Assembly (NCBI GenBank): GCA_947479455.1
Contig: CANJZE010000002.1
Span: 29,458 to 93,457, forward strand
Length of the DNA: 64,000 nucleotides
Origin: Bacteroidota bacterium
GTDB lineage: Bacteria > Bacteroidota > Bacteroidia > Chitinophagales > LD1
Direction: 5' to 3'
Made by a program: the position numbers and the translations under genes. The notes beneath the pieces were generated by a model. That model worked only from the letters and a program-made list of their open reading frames with translations, was not told where the DNA came from and searched no databases. Of this stretch, positions 39,638 to 49,772 are shown piece after piece. Each line of letters begins with the position of its first letter. Within the stretch, counting starts at the first letter, position 1.

Positions 39638-42600
39638 ATGCAAAAATTCAAATTGCTCAATAACATCTTCGGATGGATTTCTTTTGTTTTTGCCGCCATC
39701 GTTTACACCATGACCATGGAAAGCAGCGGCAGTTTCTGGGATTGCGGTGAGTTCGTATCGGGTTGTTTAAAATTGCAAGTAGTTCACCCACCGGGTGCCC
39801 CTTTCTTCCTAATGTTAGGTAGAATATTTACACTCTTCGCCAGTAATGCTTCTCACGTAGCACAAACGGTTAACTTCCTCAGCGCACTTTCTACAGCGGG
39901 CGCAGTGCTCTTTACTTTCTGGACAGTTACTGCTCTTGCACGCAAAGTAGTTATCAAAGATGGTGCGTATACCACCGCGCAAATCATCACCGTTTTGGGT
40001 GCGGGTTTAATAGCAGCAGGTTGCTGCACTTTTCTCGATTCACTTTGGTTTAGCGCGGTAGAAGGTGAGGTATATGCGCTCTCGCAATTCTTCATGTCGT
40101 TTATTGTATGGGCTATTATGAAATGGGATGCTGATGACAGCAAATATGCCGACCACTGGTTGGTATTGATTGCTTACATGACCGGTCTTTCCATTGGTGT
40201 TCACTTGCTCAGTTTACTCGCCTTGCCATTTATTGCCATGGTGTATTACTACAAACGTTTCAAAACCACCGTTACAGGCTGGTTGATTGCAGTAGTTTCA
40301 GGCTTTGCTATTCTTGGTTTATACATGAAGTTCATTATCTCCTTCACGCAATCGTACCTCGCGGGAATGGATTTGTTTTTTGTAAACACGCTGAGTTTAC
40401 CGTTTAACTCAGGCGTTATTTTCGGAATGTTATTAGTGGTAGCTGTACTAGTTTTTGTTTTGCGTTACACACACAGCGGCAAAGACAAGGACTGGAACAT
40501 TGCAATGGGCATTGCAGCATTCTATGTAATCCTCGGCTTCATCATCAGCGATAGCCTCACTGCTAAACTCGTTCGCATTATTTTCCCTGTTGGTTTGTGG
40601 CTCGCAAAAAAATACGGCTACGAATCAAGAAGACTGCTGAACATTGGCATTCTTGCTATTGCATTTTCATACATCGGTTACATGAGTTACCTGATGGTGC
40701 CTATACGTTCTATTGCAAATCCTCCTATCAACATGAATCGCCCTACTGACCCTTTCAGTATCAAATCGTATGTTGATCGCGAGCAGTACGGTGACCGCCC
40801 ATTATTGAAAGGTCCAGATTACACCGTTACATCAAATGATATTATTGATTATGTGCAAACCGGTGAGCGTTGGGTTAAGGACGAAAAGAAAAAACAATAT
40901 GCTTACGGTGGACCAAAACAGGATTACAAATTTCGTGATGATGTACAAATGCCTTTCCCTCGTTTAGGTTTTTGGCAGGAAGAAGGGAAAAAATCGGGCT
41001 ACCGTGCCTGGTTAAATCCGGAGTACAATGTTATCAATCGCGAAACCAAAGAAATTTCAAAAACATTTCCTCCATCGGGAATGAAACAAGCAACCGATTA
41101 TGCAGCAAGTTTAAACAAGCAGGCCGGTGCGGGAACTTACGTAGTTAAAGATGCTATTTCGTTCAGCGACAATCTCACGTTCTTCTTCAAGTATCAGATT
41201 GGCTATATGTACTTCCGTTACTTCATGTGGAACTTCTCGGGTCGTCAAAATGATATACAAGGAACTTACGGCAACGATGATGGAAGATGGATTTCGGGAA
41301 TTCCTTTTGTAGATAACTCACACAAATTTTTTACCCCCGAATGGCCGCAGGAGAATCTTTCAAAAAGCATGAAAGCAAACAAAGGACGAAACACGTACTT
41401 TATGATTCCATTTATCATTGGCTTAATAGGATTGATTTATACCTTGTTTAAAGACGAAAAAACGTTCTGGCTTATTCTTGTTCTGTTTGGAACAACAGGA
41501 TTGTTGCAAATATTTTATCAGAACGAACCGCCTATTGAACCGCGCGAAAGAGATTACGCCATCGCTTGCTCTTTCATTACTTATTGTATGTGGATTGGGT
41601 TTGGGGTAGTTGCCTTGATTGAATTCTTGCGCAAAAAATTGCCCGAAATTCCAAGTGCCATTGCCGTTATTCTAATTTGTGCAAGCGCTCCGGTGCTAAT
41701 GGGCTCGCAAGCATGGAACGATCACACGCGTCATAATCGTTTTACCGCGCGCGATTTTGCCATTGATTATTTAGAAAGTTGCGCACCTAATGCCGTTTTG
41801 TTTACACAAGGCGATAATGATACTTATCCGCTTTGGTATGCGCAGGAAACCGAAGGTGTGCGTCCCGATATTCGCATTATCAATCTTTCACTACTAGGTG
41901 TTGATTGGTATATCGAACAATTGCGTTACAAAACAAATAGCGCAGCTCCGTTAAAGATGAGTTTCACGAGCGAACAATTAGCGGGCAGCAATCGCGATGT
42001 AGTTTACTATCGACAAGATCCGCGCATACCTGAAGGCGCTTCAGTTGATTTGAAAAAAATTATGCAGTTCATTGCCAGCGATAACGAACGAGATAAAACG
42101 GCTCTTCGTCAAAGCGGTGAATTGGAGAATTTTTTACCTACGCATAATTTTTACCTCGACATTGACCCTGTTAAGGCACGTGAAATGAACATGCTTTCAA
42201 AAGACGATGACTCGTTGATGGTTCCTCGCATACAGTTTAGCATTGATAACAGCGCACTCTTGAAAAATGATTTATTGACGCTCGACATAGTGGCTAACAA
42301 CATTATGGAACGCCCGATTTACTTTGCTGTTTCGGTAGCACCGGAAGCGTATTTGGGCTTGGCAAAATATTTCCAGTTAGAAGGATTAACTTATCGCATT
42401 GTGCCAAAAATAAATCCAAGCAGTTCGCCCTACAACGCACCTGTGCGCACCGATGTAATGTACACCAACATGCTTACCAAATTCAAATTTGGAGGAATTA
42501 CAGAGAACAAAGACATCTATTTGGATGAGAACGTTCTTCGAATGACGGTGAATATTCGAGGTAATTTTGGTCGTTTGGCTGAGGCATTATTGGCAAAAGG

Positions 42601-43018
42601 CGAAAAAGAAAAAGCCGCTGAGGTAATTGATTATTCACTAAAAGTAATGCCTGCCGACCGGGTTGAGCATTCTGTTTTCGATTATTCATATCCCGAAGTT
42701 TTCTATGAAGCTGGGCAAAAAGAAAAAGCAAGAAAATTGTTGAACGAAATGCTTGAAAAATCGAAAGATGAGTTGAACTATTACAAAACAGTGTACAACT
42801 ACGCATTAGCACAAGCCCGCGATAATGGTGATATGGGTTATTACAATCAATTGCAACAAGGGGCATTTTTAGAACGCAGAGAAGTACGCGAGGAAATGTT
42901 CATTATGCAAGAGCTTTCTATGGCCGCTAAGAAATATGAAGATGCCGACTTTGCTTCGAAGGTGGAGAAAACATTTATGGATTACCGCATGAGCTTTGTG
43001 CAAATGCAGAAACAATAA
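39638..43018 (+). CDS. DUF2723 polytopic membrane glycosyltransferase (TMEM260-like, GT-C fold)
   Basis: SFWDCGEF...HPPGAP, WFSAVEGEVY, GVHLL, REQYG, YFRYFMWNFSGRQND, EPRERDY, GDNDTYPLWY; start ATG 39638. Confidence 0.88.
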   Translation: MQKFKLLNNIFGWISFVFAAIVYTMTMESSGSFWDCGEFVSGCLKLQVVHPPGAPFFLMLGRIFTLFASNASHVAQTVNFLSALSTAGAVLFTFWTVTALARKVVIKDGAYTTAQIITVLGAGLIAAGCCTFLDSLWFSAVEGEVYALSQFFMSFIVWAIMKWDADDSKYADHWLVLIAYMTGLSIGVHLLSLLALPFIAMVYYYKRFKTTVTGWLIAVVSGFAILGLYMKFIISFTQSYLAGMDLFFVNTLSLPFNSGVIFGMLLVVAVLVFVLRYTHSGKDKDWNIAMGIAAFYVILGFIISDSLTAKLVRIIFPVGLWLAKKYGYESRRLLNIGILAIAFSYIGYMSYLMVPIRSIANPPINMNRPTDPFSIKSYVDREQYGDRPLLKGPDYTVTSNDIIDYVQTGERWVKDEKKKQYAYGGPKQDYKFRDDVQMPFPRLGFWQEEGKKSGYRAWLNPEYNVINRETKEISKTFPPSGMKQATDYAASLNKQAGAGTYVVKDAISFSDNLTFFFKYQIGYMYFRYFMWNFSGRQNDIQGTYGNDDGRWISGIPFVDNSHKFFTPEWPQENLSKSMKANKGRNTYFMIPFIIGLIGLIYTLFKDEKTFWLILVLFGTTGLLQIFYQNEPPIEPRERDYAIACSFITYCMWIGFGVVALIEFLRKKLPEIPSAIAVILICASAPVLMGSQAWNDHTRHNRFTARDFAIDYLESCAPNAVLFTQGDNDTYPLWYAQETEGVRPDIRIINLSLLGVDWYIEQLRYKTNSAAPLKMSFTSEQLAGSNRDVVYYRQDPRIPEGASVDLKKIMQFIASDNERDKTALRQSGELENFLPTHNFYLDIDPVKAREMNMLSKDDDSLMVPRIQFSIDNSALLKNDLLTLDIVANNIMERPIYFAVSVAPEAYLGLAKYFQLEGLTYRIVPKINPSSSPYNAPVRTDVMYTNMLTKFKFGGITENKDIYLDENVLRMTVNIRGNFGRLAEALLAKGEKEKAAEVIDYSLKVMPADRVEHSVFDYSYPEVFYEAGQKEKARKLLNEMLEKSKDELNYYKTVYNYALAQARDNGDMGYYNQLQQGAFLERREVREEMFIMQELSMAAKKYEDADFASKVEKTFMDYRMSFVQMQKQ

Positions 43019-43030
43019 ATATCAATAGGT

Positions 43031-43108
43031 ACAAAGGGACGAGTGAAGAAGTGACAAAGGGAGCCGAATTTGTAATTTCCCCTTCTCACTTCGCCCTTCG
43101 TCCCTTTT
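43031..43108. repeat. Degenerate octamer arrays in inverted orientation (acaaaggg... / ...cccttcgt)
   Basis: acaaagggacgagtgaagaagtgacaaaggg ... cccttctcacttcgcccttcgtccctt. Confidence 0.6.
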
Positions 43109-43115
43109 TTACTTT

Positions 43116-43892
43116 ATGAATAATACCAAACAATACTTCTGCATTTTCGGTCGCCAACCGGTTTTAGAAGCTTTTGCCGAAGGCAAACGTTTCGATAAAA
43201 TTCTCATTCTAAAAAATGCGGGTGGCGAAGAAATGAGCACCATTGAAAAAAAGGCGCGTGAAACCGAATGCCCCGTTCAACGCGTACCAAAAGAAAAGCT
43301 CGAAAATATTTTACAAAAATATTCGAAGTTTAAAGAAGCCAATCATCAAGGCATAGTCGGTTTTCTTTCCATCATTGATTACTATTCTATTGACGATGTT
43401 CTTCATCATGCTTATTCAAAAGGCGAAACTCCTCTCCTATTAATTCTTGATGGAATAACCGATGTCGGAAATTTCGGAGCCATTGCGCGTTCAGCAGAAT
43501 GTCTCGGTGCGCATGCGGTAATCGTTCCTTCCACCGGTTCGGCACAAATAAATGCGGAGGCTATGAAGGCGAGTGCCGGTGCACTCCATAAAATTTTTGT
43601 GTGCCGCGAAAGGAGTTTAGTTACCGCAGTCAATTATTTGAAAACAAACGGCATTAAAATTTTCGGAACAGAAATGAAAGGTGCGGTAGAAGTTTCAAAA
43701 GCAGACTTTTCTGTTCCATGTGCAGTTGTGATGGGTTCAGAAGGTGACGGTGTATCAAAGGAAATTTTGAAACTATGCGATGAGCGCATAAAAATACCAA
43801 TGAGCGGCACTACAGAATCGCTCAACGTTTCAGTAAGTGCAGGAATTATTTTGTATGAAATAAACAAAGGCAGAAGTTCTTCCGCTAAATAA
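43116..43892 (+). CDS. rlmB: 23S rRNA (guanosine-2'-O)-methyltransferase, SpoU family
   Basis: HQGIV, LDGITDVGNFGAIARSA, MGSEG.G, IPM.G..ESLNVSVSAG. Confidence 0.92.
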   Translation: MNNTKQYFCIFGRQPVLEAFAEGKRFDKILILKNAGGEEMSTIEKKARETECPVQRVPKEKLENILQKYSKFKEANHQGIVGFLSIIDYYSIDDVLHHAYSKGETPLLLILDGITDVGNFGAIARSAECLGAHAVIVPSTGSAQINAEAMKASAGALHKIFVCRERSLVTAVNYLKTNGIKIFGTEMKGAVEVSKADFSVPCAVVMGSEGDGVSKEILKLCDERIKIPMSGTTESLNVSVSAGIILYEINKGRSSSAK

Positions 43893-43905
43893 TCAAACTC
43901 AAAAT

Positions 43906-44475
43906 TTATCTCGGCAAACTTGCAACTACACAAGGTGTCATCAATGAATCAGCTGGGTGGTTCATGATATGCTTATTGATTGCCGTTTGCACAGCCATTT
44001 TAAAACTGTTGTCAGAAAAAGTATCAGGACAATTCACTTCTGTATCATTTTTAATCACCTGAAAAAAAACATCGCCAGTAGCGGTAATGTGTCCGAGAAT
44101 TGTACCCGGTGCGACCGTTTGACCAACGCTTACCATAATATTTTGCAAGCCTGAATAGTAGAAACAGTAAATCGAATTGGTTTTATATAAAACCATTACA
44201 GAATTGGCAGAAACCGCTGTCACTTTTCCTGCAGTTGCCGAATTAATAGTCAAATTTGGGTCGGTCAAATGTATGGTATAGCCTTTACTAATCTCCGAAG
44301 TAGCCGGAACAGTTCCTCCAAATGGGGTAAACTGCGTGGTTGATGAAAAACTTACAACAGGATACGAAATTGTTGGCGGTGTGGTATCCTTAGGCAGTTC
44401 ATCAATAGGGTATTTGTTATTGCAAGAAAAAAAAGCAAAACTCAAAAGTAAAAGCGTGAAAACTATTTTTTGCAT
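43906..44475 (-). CDS. Lipoprotein with a degenerate M23/LytM-like fold
   Basis: Lipobox FFSC; SATAGKVTAV and VSVGQTV..G.ILG motifs, but no HxxxD or HxH. Confidence 0.55.
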   Translation of the reverse strand: MQKIVFTLLLLSFAFFSCNNKYPIDELPKDTTPPTISYPVVSFSSTTQFTPFGGTVPATSEISKGYTIHLTDPNLTINSATAGKVTAVSANSVMVLYKTNSIYCFYYSGLQNIMVSVGQTVAPGTILGHITATGDVFFQVIKNDTEVNCPDTFSDNSFKMAVQTAINKHIMNHPADSLMTPCVVASLPR

Positions 44476-44552
44476 GAAATTATTTTTTGTGCAAATTATA
44501 AAAACACAATTGCTAACACAGAGAAAAACGTATCATTGTTCAACGACAAATC

Positions 44553-45149
44553 ATGTCATTTTCAGAAAAAAATATTTTAGAGCCGGAGCAATGGGTTGAG
44601 CGGTATAGCGATATCCTTTTCAATTACACCATTACGCGAATAAATAAACGCGAAGTGGCGGAAGACTTGGTGCAAGAAACTTTTTTTGCTGCTTATAAAG
44701 CACGAGAGTCGTTTAAGCATGAAGCTTCCGAAAAAACATGGCTCATTGCCATTCTTAAAAGAAAAATCATTGACCATTACCGTAAAAAGTCAACGCAAAA
44801 CGAGCTCAGTGTTTTCGACAAAGATTCGAAAGATGATTTCACGAATCATTTTTTTAATAAAGAAGGCGGACATGAAGGTCACTGGACCGATTCATCTTCA
44901 CCGCAGGAATGGCGAAAAGATTTTCAAACCAGTGTAGAGAGCGATGAGTTCAATGCTATTTTGAAAAAATGCCTCGGCAAACTGTCGGAAAAAACAAGCG
45001 CTGTTTTTATTTTAAAAAATATGGAAGATTTAGATTCGGATGAAATTTGTAAAGAATTGCAAATTACTCCGTCTAACTATTGGGTACTCATGCACCGCGC
45101 TAAATTGCAGTTACGCGAATGCATGGAAAAGCATTGGTTTAATAAATAG
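44553..45149 (+). CDS. ECF RNA polymerase sigma factor
   Basis: AEDLVQETF, TWL.AILKRKIID, EICKELQIT.SN.WV.MHRAK. Confidence 0.92.
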   Translation: MSFSEKNILEPEQWVERYSDILFNYTITRINKREVAEDLVQETFFAAYKARESFKHEASEKTWLIAILKRKIIDHYRKKSTQNELSVFDKDSKDDFTNHFFNKEGGHEGHWTDSSSPQEWRKDFQTSVESDEFNAILKKCLGKLSEKTSAVFILKNMEDLDSDEICKELQITPSNYWVLMHRAKLQLRECMEKHWFNK

Positions 45150-45184
45150 ATTTCAACTATAGAAAAGACAAATACACAAGAGCA

Positions 45185-45454
45185 ATGAATTTGTTTGAAG
45201 CTTTAAAGATGACTTGCAAGGATGCATGCTACCTTCACGAAAAAAAGAAGGAAGGCAAGTTGTCGTTTACAGAAATGCTCGGCTTAAAACTTCATTTGTT
45301 GTATTGTGGTTTATGCCGAATGTTTTTCAAACAGTTAAATGAATTGGAAAAACATACACAGCGTTTTTCTCATTCCGAAAAAACAATCGCATCGCTCGAT
45401 GCGTCTTCAAAAGAAAAAATGAAACAATCGTTTCAGCACGAGTTAAAAAAATGA
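45185..45454 (+). CDS. Soluble zinc-finger anti-sigma factor (ZAS, zf-HC2)
   Basis: MTC...HLLYCGLC (HxxxCxxC); directly follows the ECF gene; no TM segment. Confidence 0.85.
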   Translation: MNLFEALKMTCKDACYLHEKKKEGKLSFTEMLGLKLHLLYCGLCRMFFKQLNELEKHTQRFSHSEKTIASLDASSKEKMKQSFQHELKK

Positions 45455-45513
45455 TTCCGGCAACACGACACTTGTAAACCATTTGAATAAATTAGCTTCC
45501 ATAAAATTTTGTT

Positions 45514-46704
45514 ATGGCAGAAGCAATACGACTCGGTAGAATGACCGACACCATGGAAGAAGGTTTCGTGGCTGAACTGAATGTAAAAACGGGCGACAAA
45601 ATTAAAAGTGGTGATACCATTGCCGAAATTGAAACCGACAAAGCCACACTTCCTCTCGAATCTTATTTCAACGGAACTATTCTTTATGTAGCCGCAAAAA
45701 AGGGCGATACGTTATTGATTGGTGAACTCATTGCTATCATAGGTAAGGAGGGAGAGGATTATAGCGCGTTGCTTGTAAAGTCAGAAGTCGGAAGTCAGAA
45801 GTCGGAAGTAAAGACAATTACAAAAGAGGAAGTTCAACCAGCAACTTCTAATCCGCAAGCCGCAACAAATTCTGGTTTAAGAGTTAAAGCATCTCCTCTT
45901 GCTCGCATGATTGCAAAAGAAAAAGGAATAGAACTTTCGAACGTAAAAGGAACTGGTGAAGAAGGAAGAATTACCAAGAAAGATTTAGAAAGTGGTGGCG
46001 GAGTGCATTCGTTCACCGGAAAAGAAAATTCACGCGATGTGCGTGTAAGTCAAATGCGCAAAACAATTGCCAAGCGATTACTCGAGAGTAAAAACAGTGC
46101 TCCACATTTCTATTTGACTCTAGACATTAATATGGATAATGCAGTTTCTATCCGTACACAACTCAATAATGTTTTACCCACAAAAATTTCTTTCAATGAT
46201 ATTGTTGTTAAAGCGGTAGCCATTGCACTTCGTCAAAATCCAAATGTGAATTGTTCATGGTTAGGCGATACCATTCGCTACTACGATCATATTCATATTG
46301 GTATAGCAGTAGCTGTGGAAGATGGTTTGTTAGTTCCTGTACTAAAATTTGCTGATGGGAAAACCGTGCAACAAATTTCAACTGAAACAAAATTATTGGC
46401 TAAAAAAGCAAGTGCTAAAAAATTATTGCCAGCAGAAATGGAAGGCAACACGTTCACTATTTCTAACCTTGGTATGTTCGGTATCGAAGAATTTACTGCC
46501 ATTATCAATCCGCCCGATGCTTGCATACTGGCTATAGGCGCAATACGTCAGGAACCTTCGGTAGTCAATGGCGAAATAAAAATTGCGAGTAAAATGAAAG
46601 TGACATTAAGTTGCGACCATCGCGTGGTGGATGGAGCCACCGGTGCAAAATTTTTGCAGTCGCTTAATAATACGTTAGAAAATCCGGTAACTGTTTTGTT
46701 GTAG
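45514..46704 (+). CDS. pdhC: Pyruvate dehydrogenase E2, dihydrolipoamide acetyltransferase (single lipoyl domain)
   Basis: EIETDKA lipoyl site, ASPLAR..A E3-binding domain, FTISNLGM, DHRVVDG. Confidence 0.9.
   Translation: MAEAIRLGRMTDTMEEGFVAELNVKTGDKIKSGDTIAEIETDKATLPLESYFNGTILYVAAKKGDTLLIGELIAIIGKEGEDYSALLVKSEVGSQKSEVKTITKEEVQPATSNPQAATNSGLRVKASPLARMIAKEKGIELSNVKGTGEEGRITKKDLESGGGVHSFTGKENSRDVRVSQMRKTIAKRLLESKNSAPHFYLTLDINMDNAVSIRTQLNNVLPTKISFNDIVVKAVAIALRQNPNVNCSWLGDTIRYYDHIHIGIAVAVEDGLLVPVLKFADGKTVQQISTETKLLAKKASAKKLLPAEMEGNTFTISNLGMFGIEEFTAIINPPDACILAIGAIRQEPSVVNGEIKIASKMKVTLSCDHRVVDGATGAKFLQSLNNTLENPVTVLL
45778..45809 (+). repeat. Heptamer repeat AAGTC(A/G)G x4 in the E2 linker
   Basis: aagtcag aagtcgg aagtcag aagtcgg aagt, encoding KSEVGSQKSEV. 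Confidence 0.8.
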
Positions 46705-46999
46705 AAATGTGCTCCACTTCTACATGGGCAATAGCCTCAATGGGAATATGTATTCCTCCTTTCAGTAAAATAAATTTTTCGGTAGTAGCCCACACGGTTG
46801 TAAAAACTTCCTTGTAGCCTTCAAGCGTATTGAAAACAATTTTCGCCTTGCTCTCAAAATTATTTCCCATGAGCATGGCTAAATAAAGTCTTCGATTTCG
46901 TTCACGCATTTCATGCTCGGTTGAGCGTTCGCTTGGTTTTCTAAAAGCACATTCTCTCAATTGTTCCTTTTCAATTTTTTTCGCTTGTGTATTGGTCAT
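46664..46999 (-). CDS. Conserved hypothetical protein (paralog of 47095-47376)
   Basis: LYLAMLMGNN..SK..I.F.T.EG...V.TTVWA.TE..I.LKGG..IP; overlaps the pdhC 3' end by 41 nt. Confidence 0.7.
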   Translation of the reverse strand: MTNTQAKKIEKEQLRECAFRKPSERSTEHEMRERNRRLYLAMLMGNNFESKAKIVFNTLEGYKEVFTTVWATTEKFILLKGGIHIPIEAIAHVEVEHISTTKQLPDFLTYY

Positions 47000-47094
47000 A
47001 AAATAGCTTGTGATTGCGTTTACGACCGTGTGTTAAAAAAGTTACCAGCTGCAGCTTGTATAATTTCGATACTGTTTAGGAGTACGAATTCAGT

Positions 47095-47376
47095 TTAGTA
47101 GATGTGTATCTCTTCGACACAACAAACCGGAATTTTTGTTCCTCCTTTTAGAATAACATACTCCTCAGTAAGTGCAAGAACTACTCCTTCAATTTGCTTT
47201 TTTCCCTCTGTAGTAAGCACAAAGAGCCTAGCCAGCTTATTGTAATTTCTACCCAAAATAAGAGCCATATAAAGATTATCTTTTCTACGCAGTATAAGCT
47301 CGGGAGATTTAAGCACTTCGCTTTTTACAAAATCGTGTGGTAGAATTTCTTCTGTTGTAAACACCAAGTTTTTCAT
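47095..47376 (-). CDS. Conserved hypothetical protein (paralog of 46664-46999)
   Basis: LYMALILGRNY...TTEG...TEEYVILKGGTKIP; likely start ATG 47376. Confidence 0.65.
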   Translation of the reverse strand: MKNLVFTTEEILPHDFVKSEVLKSPELILRRKDNLYMALILGRNYNKLARLFVLTTEGKKQIEGVVLALTEEYVILKGGTKIPVCCVEEIHIY

Positions 47377-47452
47377 AGTATGGATGCGAATGTAATTTTG
47401 AGTTTCACTTTTATTTCTTCGTTTTAAATACATTTGTTGATAACACAACTAC

Positions 47453-47809
47453 ATGAAGACACTTGTGCTTGGCGCTTCTCTTAATCCTTCTCGCTATTCA
47501 AACCGGGCTGTAAAATTATTGCGCGTTTACCAACATGAAGTGATTGCTGTGGGACGCGATGAAGGGAGCATTGATGAAGTAAAAATTAAGCACTCTTTTA
47601 CCGTTGATGATAAAATTGATACCGTTACCGTTTACTTAAGTCAGGAACACCAAAAACAGTATTATGAAAAAATTGTTGCAGCTAAACCAAGAAGAATAAT
47701 TTTCAATCCGGGTGCAGAAAATAGCGAACTTGAAAAGATTGCTCAGGCTAATGGAATTTTATCGGAAGAAGCATGCACGCTTGTTCTACTTAACACCAAT
47801 CAGTATTAA
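47453..47809 (+). CDS. CoA-binding domain protein
   Basis: TLVLGAS.NP.RYS, DTVTVY, RIIFNPGAEN, ACTLVLL. Confidence 0.9.
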   Translation: MKTLVLGASLNPSRYSNRAVKLLRVYQHEVIAVGRDEGSIDEVKIKHSFTVDDKIDTVTVYLSQEHQKQYYEKIVAAKPRRIIFNPGAENSELEKIAQANGILSEEACTLVLLNTNQY

Positions 47810-47846
47810 ACCTTAATTCTTAAATTTTAAATCTTAAATCAAAAAC

Positions 47847-48728
47847 ATGGCTTACACAGATGGAATGCTTAAAGACGGTGCACTAAAAGGAAAAACAATT
47901 TTAATTACAGGCGGTGGAACAGGGCTTGGTAAAAGTATGAGTAAATACTTTTTGCAGTTGGGCGCCAACGTTGTTATTACCAGCAGAAAAATAGAAGTGT
48001 TGCAAAAAACTGCCGAAGAGTTAATGACTGAAACTGGCGGGCAGGTACTGGCGGTGCAATGCGATGTGCGCAAATATGCCGAAGTAGAAAACACGTTGGC
48101 AGAAGCGGTGAAAAAATTTGGAAGTGTAGATACGCTCATTAATAACGCAGCGGGAAATTTTATTTCACCTACCGAACGTTTATCGAACCGCGCGTTTGAT
48201 ACGGTGGTAGATATTGTTTTGCGCGGTTCTTACAATTGCACACTCGCTTTGGGCAAACATTGGATTAAAGAAAAGCAGACCAACAAAACTGTTTTGAATA
48301 TTGTAACTACTTATGCGTGGACAGGATCTGCTTATGTGGTTCCAAGTGCTTGTGCAAAAGCTGGCGTGCTTGCAATGACACGTTCTCTGGCAGTGGAGTG
48401 GGCTAAATACGGCATTCGCACAAATGCAATTGCACCCGGCCCATTCCCGACTAAAGGTGCCTGGGATAGATTAGTTCCAGGAGTATTCAGAGAACAATTT
48501 GAAATGAAAAACAAAGTGCCCTTGCGCAGAGCTGGAGAACATCAGGAGTTGTGCAACCTTGCCGGTTATCTCATTTCCGATTTCTCGGCATATGTAAATG
48601 GCGAAGTGGTAACTATTGACGGTGGCGAATGGTTGCAGGGTGCCGGTGAATTCAACATGTTCGAGGCTGTAACTCCTGAGCAGTGGGATGCCATTGAAAT
48701 AATGGTGAGAGGGGCAAAAAGCGAATAG
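47847..48728 (+). CDS. SDR oxidoreductase, 2,4-dienoyl-CoA reductase-like
   Basis: TGGGTGLG, NNAAGNF, SACAKAGV, IAPGP, DGG.W. Confidence 0.88.
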   Translation: MAYTDGMLKDGALKGKTILITGGGTGLGKSMSKYFLQLGANVVITSRKIEVLQKTAEELMTETGGQVLAVQCDVRKYAEVENTLAEAVKKFGSVDTLINNAAGNFISPTERLSNRAFDTVVDIVLRGSYNCTLALGKHWIKEKQTNKTVLNIVTTYAWTGSAYVVPSACAKAGVLAMTRSLAVEWAKYGIRTNAIAPGPFPTKGAWDRLVPGVFREQFEMKNKVPLRRAGEHQELCNLAGYLISDFSAYVNGEVVTIDGGEWLQGAGEFNMFEAVTPEQWDAIEIMVRGAKSE

Positions 48729-48774
48729 CAAATTTGAAAATTCAAGAATTCGAAAATTTGAAAATGAATAGCAA

Positions 48775-49431
48775 ATGAGTTTTACATCTACAGAAGAGAA
48801 CTATATCAAGTCCATTTTCCATCTTTCGGAAGATGGTGATGAGACCATTTCTACCAATGATATTGCGCGCTCGGTTAATGCAACTGCCGCATCTGTCACA
48901 GATATGCTCAAGAAGTTGAAACAGAAGAAAATTATCACTTACGAAAAATATCAAGGAGTTCGATTAACAAACGAAGGCGATAAAATTGCAAAATCAATTG
49001 TACGTAAGCATCGTTTGTGGGAAGTTTTTTTGGTGGAAAAACTTGGTTACAGTTGGGATAAGATTCACGACATTGCTGAACAACTCGAGCACATTCGCAG
49101 CGAAGAAATGATTGACAAACTCGATAAGTTTTTGGGCTATCCAGAGTTTGACCCGCACGGTGACCCTATTCCTGATGCCTCCGGAAATATTAAACAAGTG
49201 AAACAAGTTTTACTTTCAAAAATGAAAGTAGGCGAGAAGGGAAAAGTAGTGGGCGTTAAGGACAGTTCATCTAAACTTCTACAGCATTTAGATTCATTGC
49301 AAATTCACCTCGGCACTTCTATCGAAATTTCGGAAGTAATTGAGTTTGATAATTCTTTCGTTGTGCAACTGGGTAAGAAAAGAAAAATTACGCTCTCAAA
49401 ATTAGCGGCACAGAATATTTTAGTGGGGTGA
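48775..49431 (+). CDS. DtxR/MntR family metal-dependent transcriptional regulator with FeoA-like domain
   Basis: EENYIK, RKHRLWE.FL, AEQLEH, DPHGDPIP. Confidence 0.92.
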   Translation: MSFTSTEENYIKSIFHLSEDGDETISTNDIARSVNATAASVTDMLKKLKQKKIITYEKYQGVRLTNEGDKIAKSIVRKHRLWEVFLVEKLGYSWDKIHDIAEQLEHIRSEEMIDKLDKFLGYPEFDPHGDPIPDASGNIKQVKQVLLSKMKVGEKGKVVGVKDSSSKLLQHLDSLQIHLGTSIEISEVIEFDNSFVVQLGKKRKITLSKLAAQNILVG

Positions 49432-49487
49432 TCGCCCTTTAAACTTACGCGAATCCTTCTTCCCTTATAATTTTTTATCATTGCGGC

Positions 49488-49772
49488 ATGGACAGAGAGC
49501 AAGAAAAATTACAACTGAAACAGCATATCATTAAGTATTTGAATCTTCTTCATGTAACGCCCGAAGAGATTACGGATGATATGCCGATGTTTAGAGAGGG
49601 GCTCGGGCTCGACTCGATTGATTCGATTGAGATGGTGGTGATGATGGAGCGCGAATACGGTTTGAAAATTGAAAACCCGAAAGACGGACGCGAGATTTTG
49701 CAGACGATTAATTCGATGATGGACTTTATAGAAAAAGGAAGAGCAGCCAAGGCAGCAGAAGAAAAAGCATGA
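49488..49772 (+). CDS. Acyl carrier protein (flexirubin/aryl-polyene type)
   Basis: GLGLDSIDSIE phosphopantetheine site; overlaps the KS start by 4 nt. Confidence 0.88.
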   Translation: MDREQEKLQLKQHIIKYLNLLHVTPEEITDDMPMFREGLGLDSIDSIEMVVMMEREYGLKIENPKDGREILQTINSMMDFIEKGRAAKAAEEKA

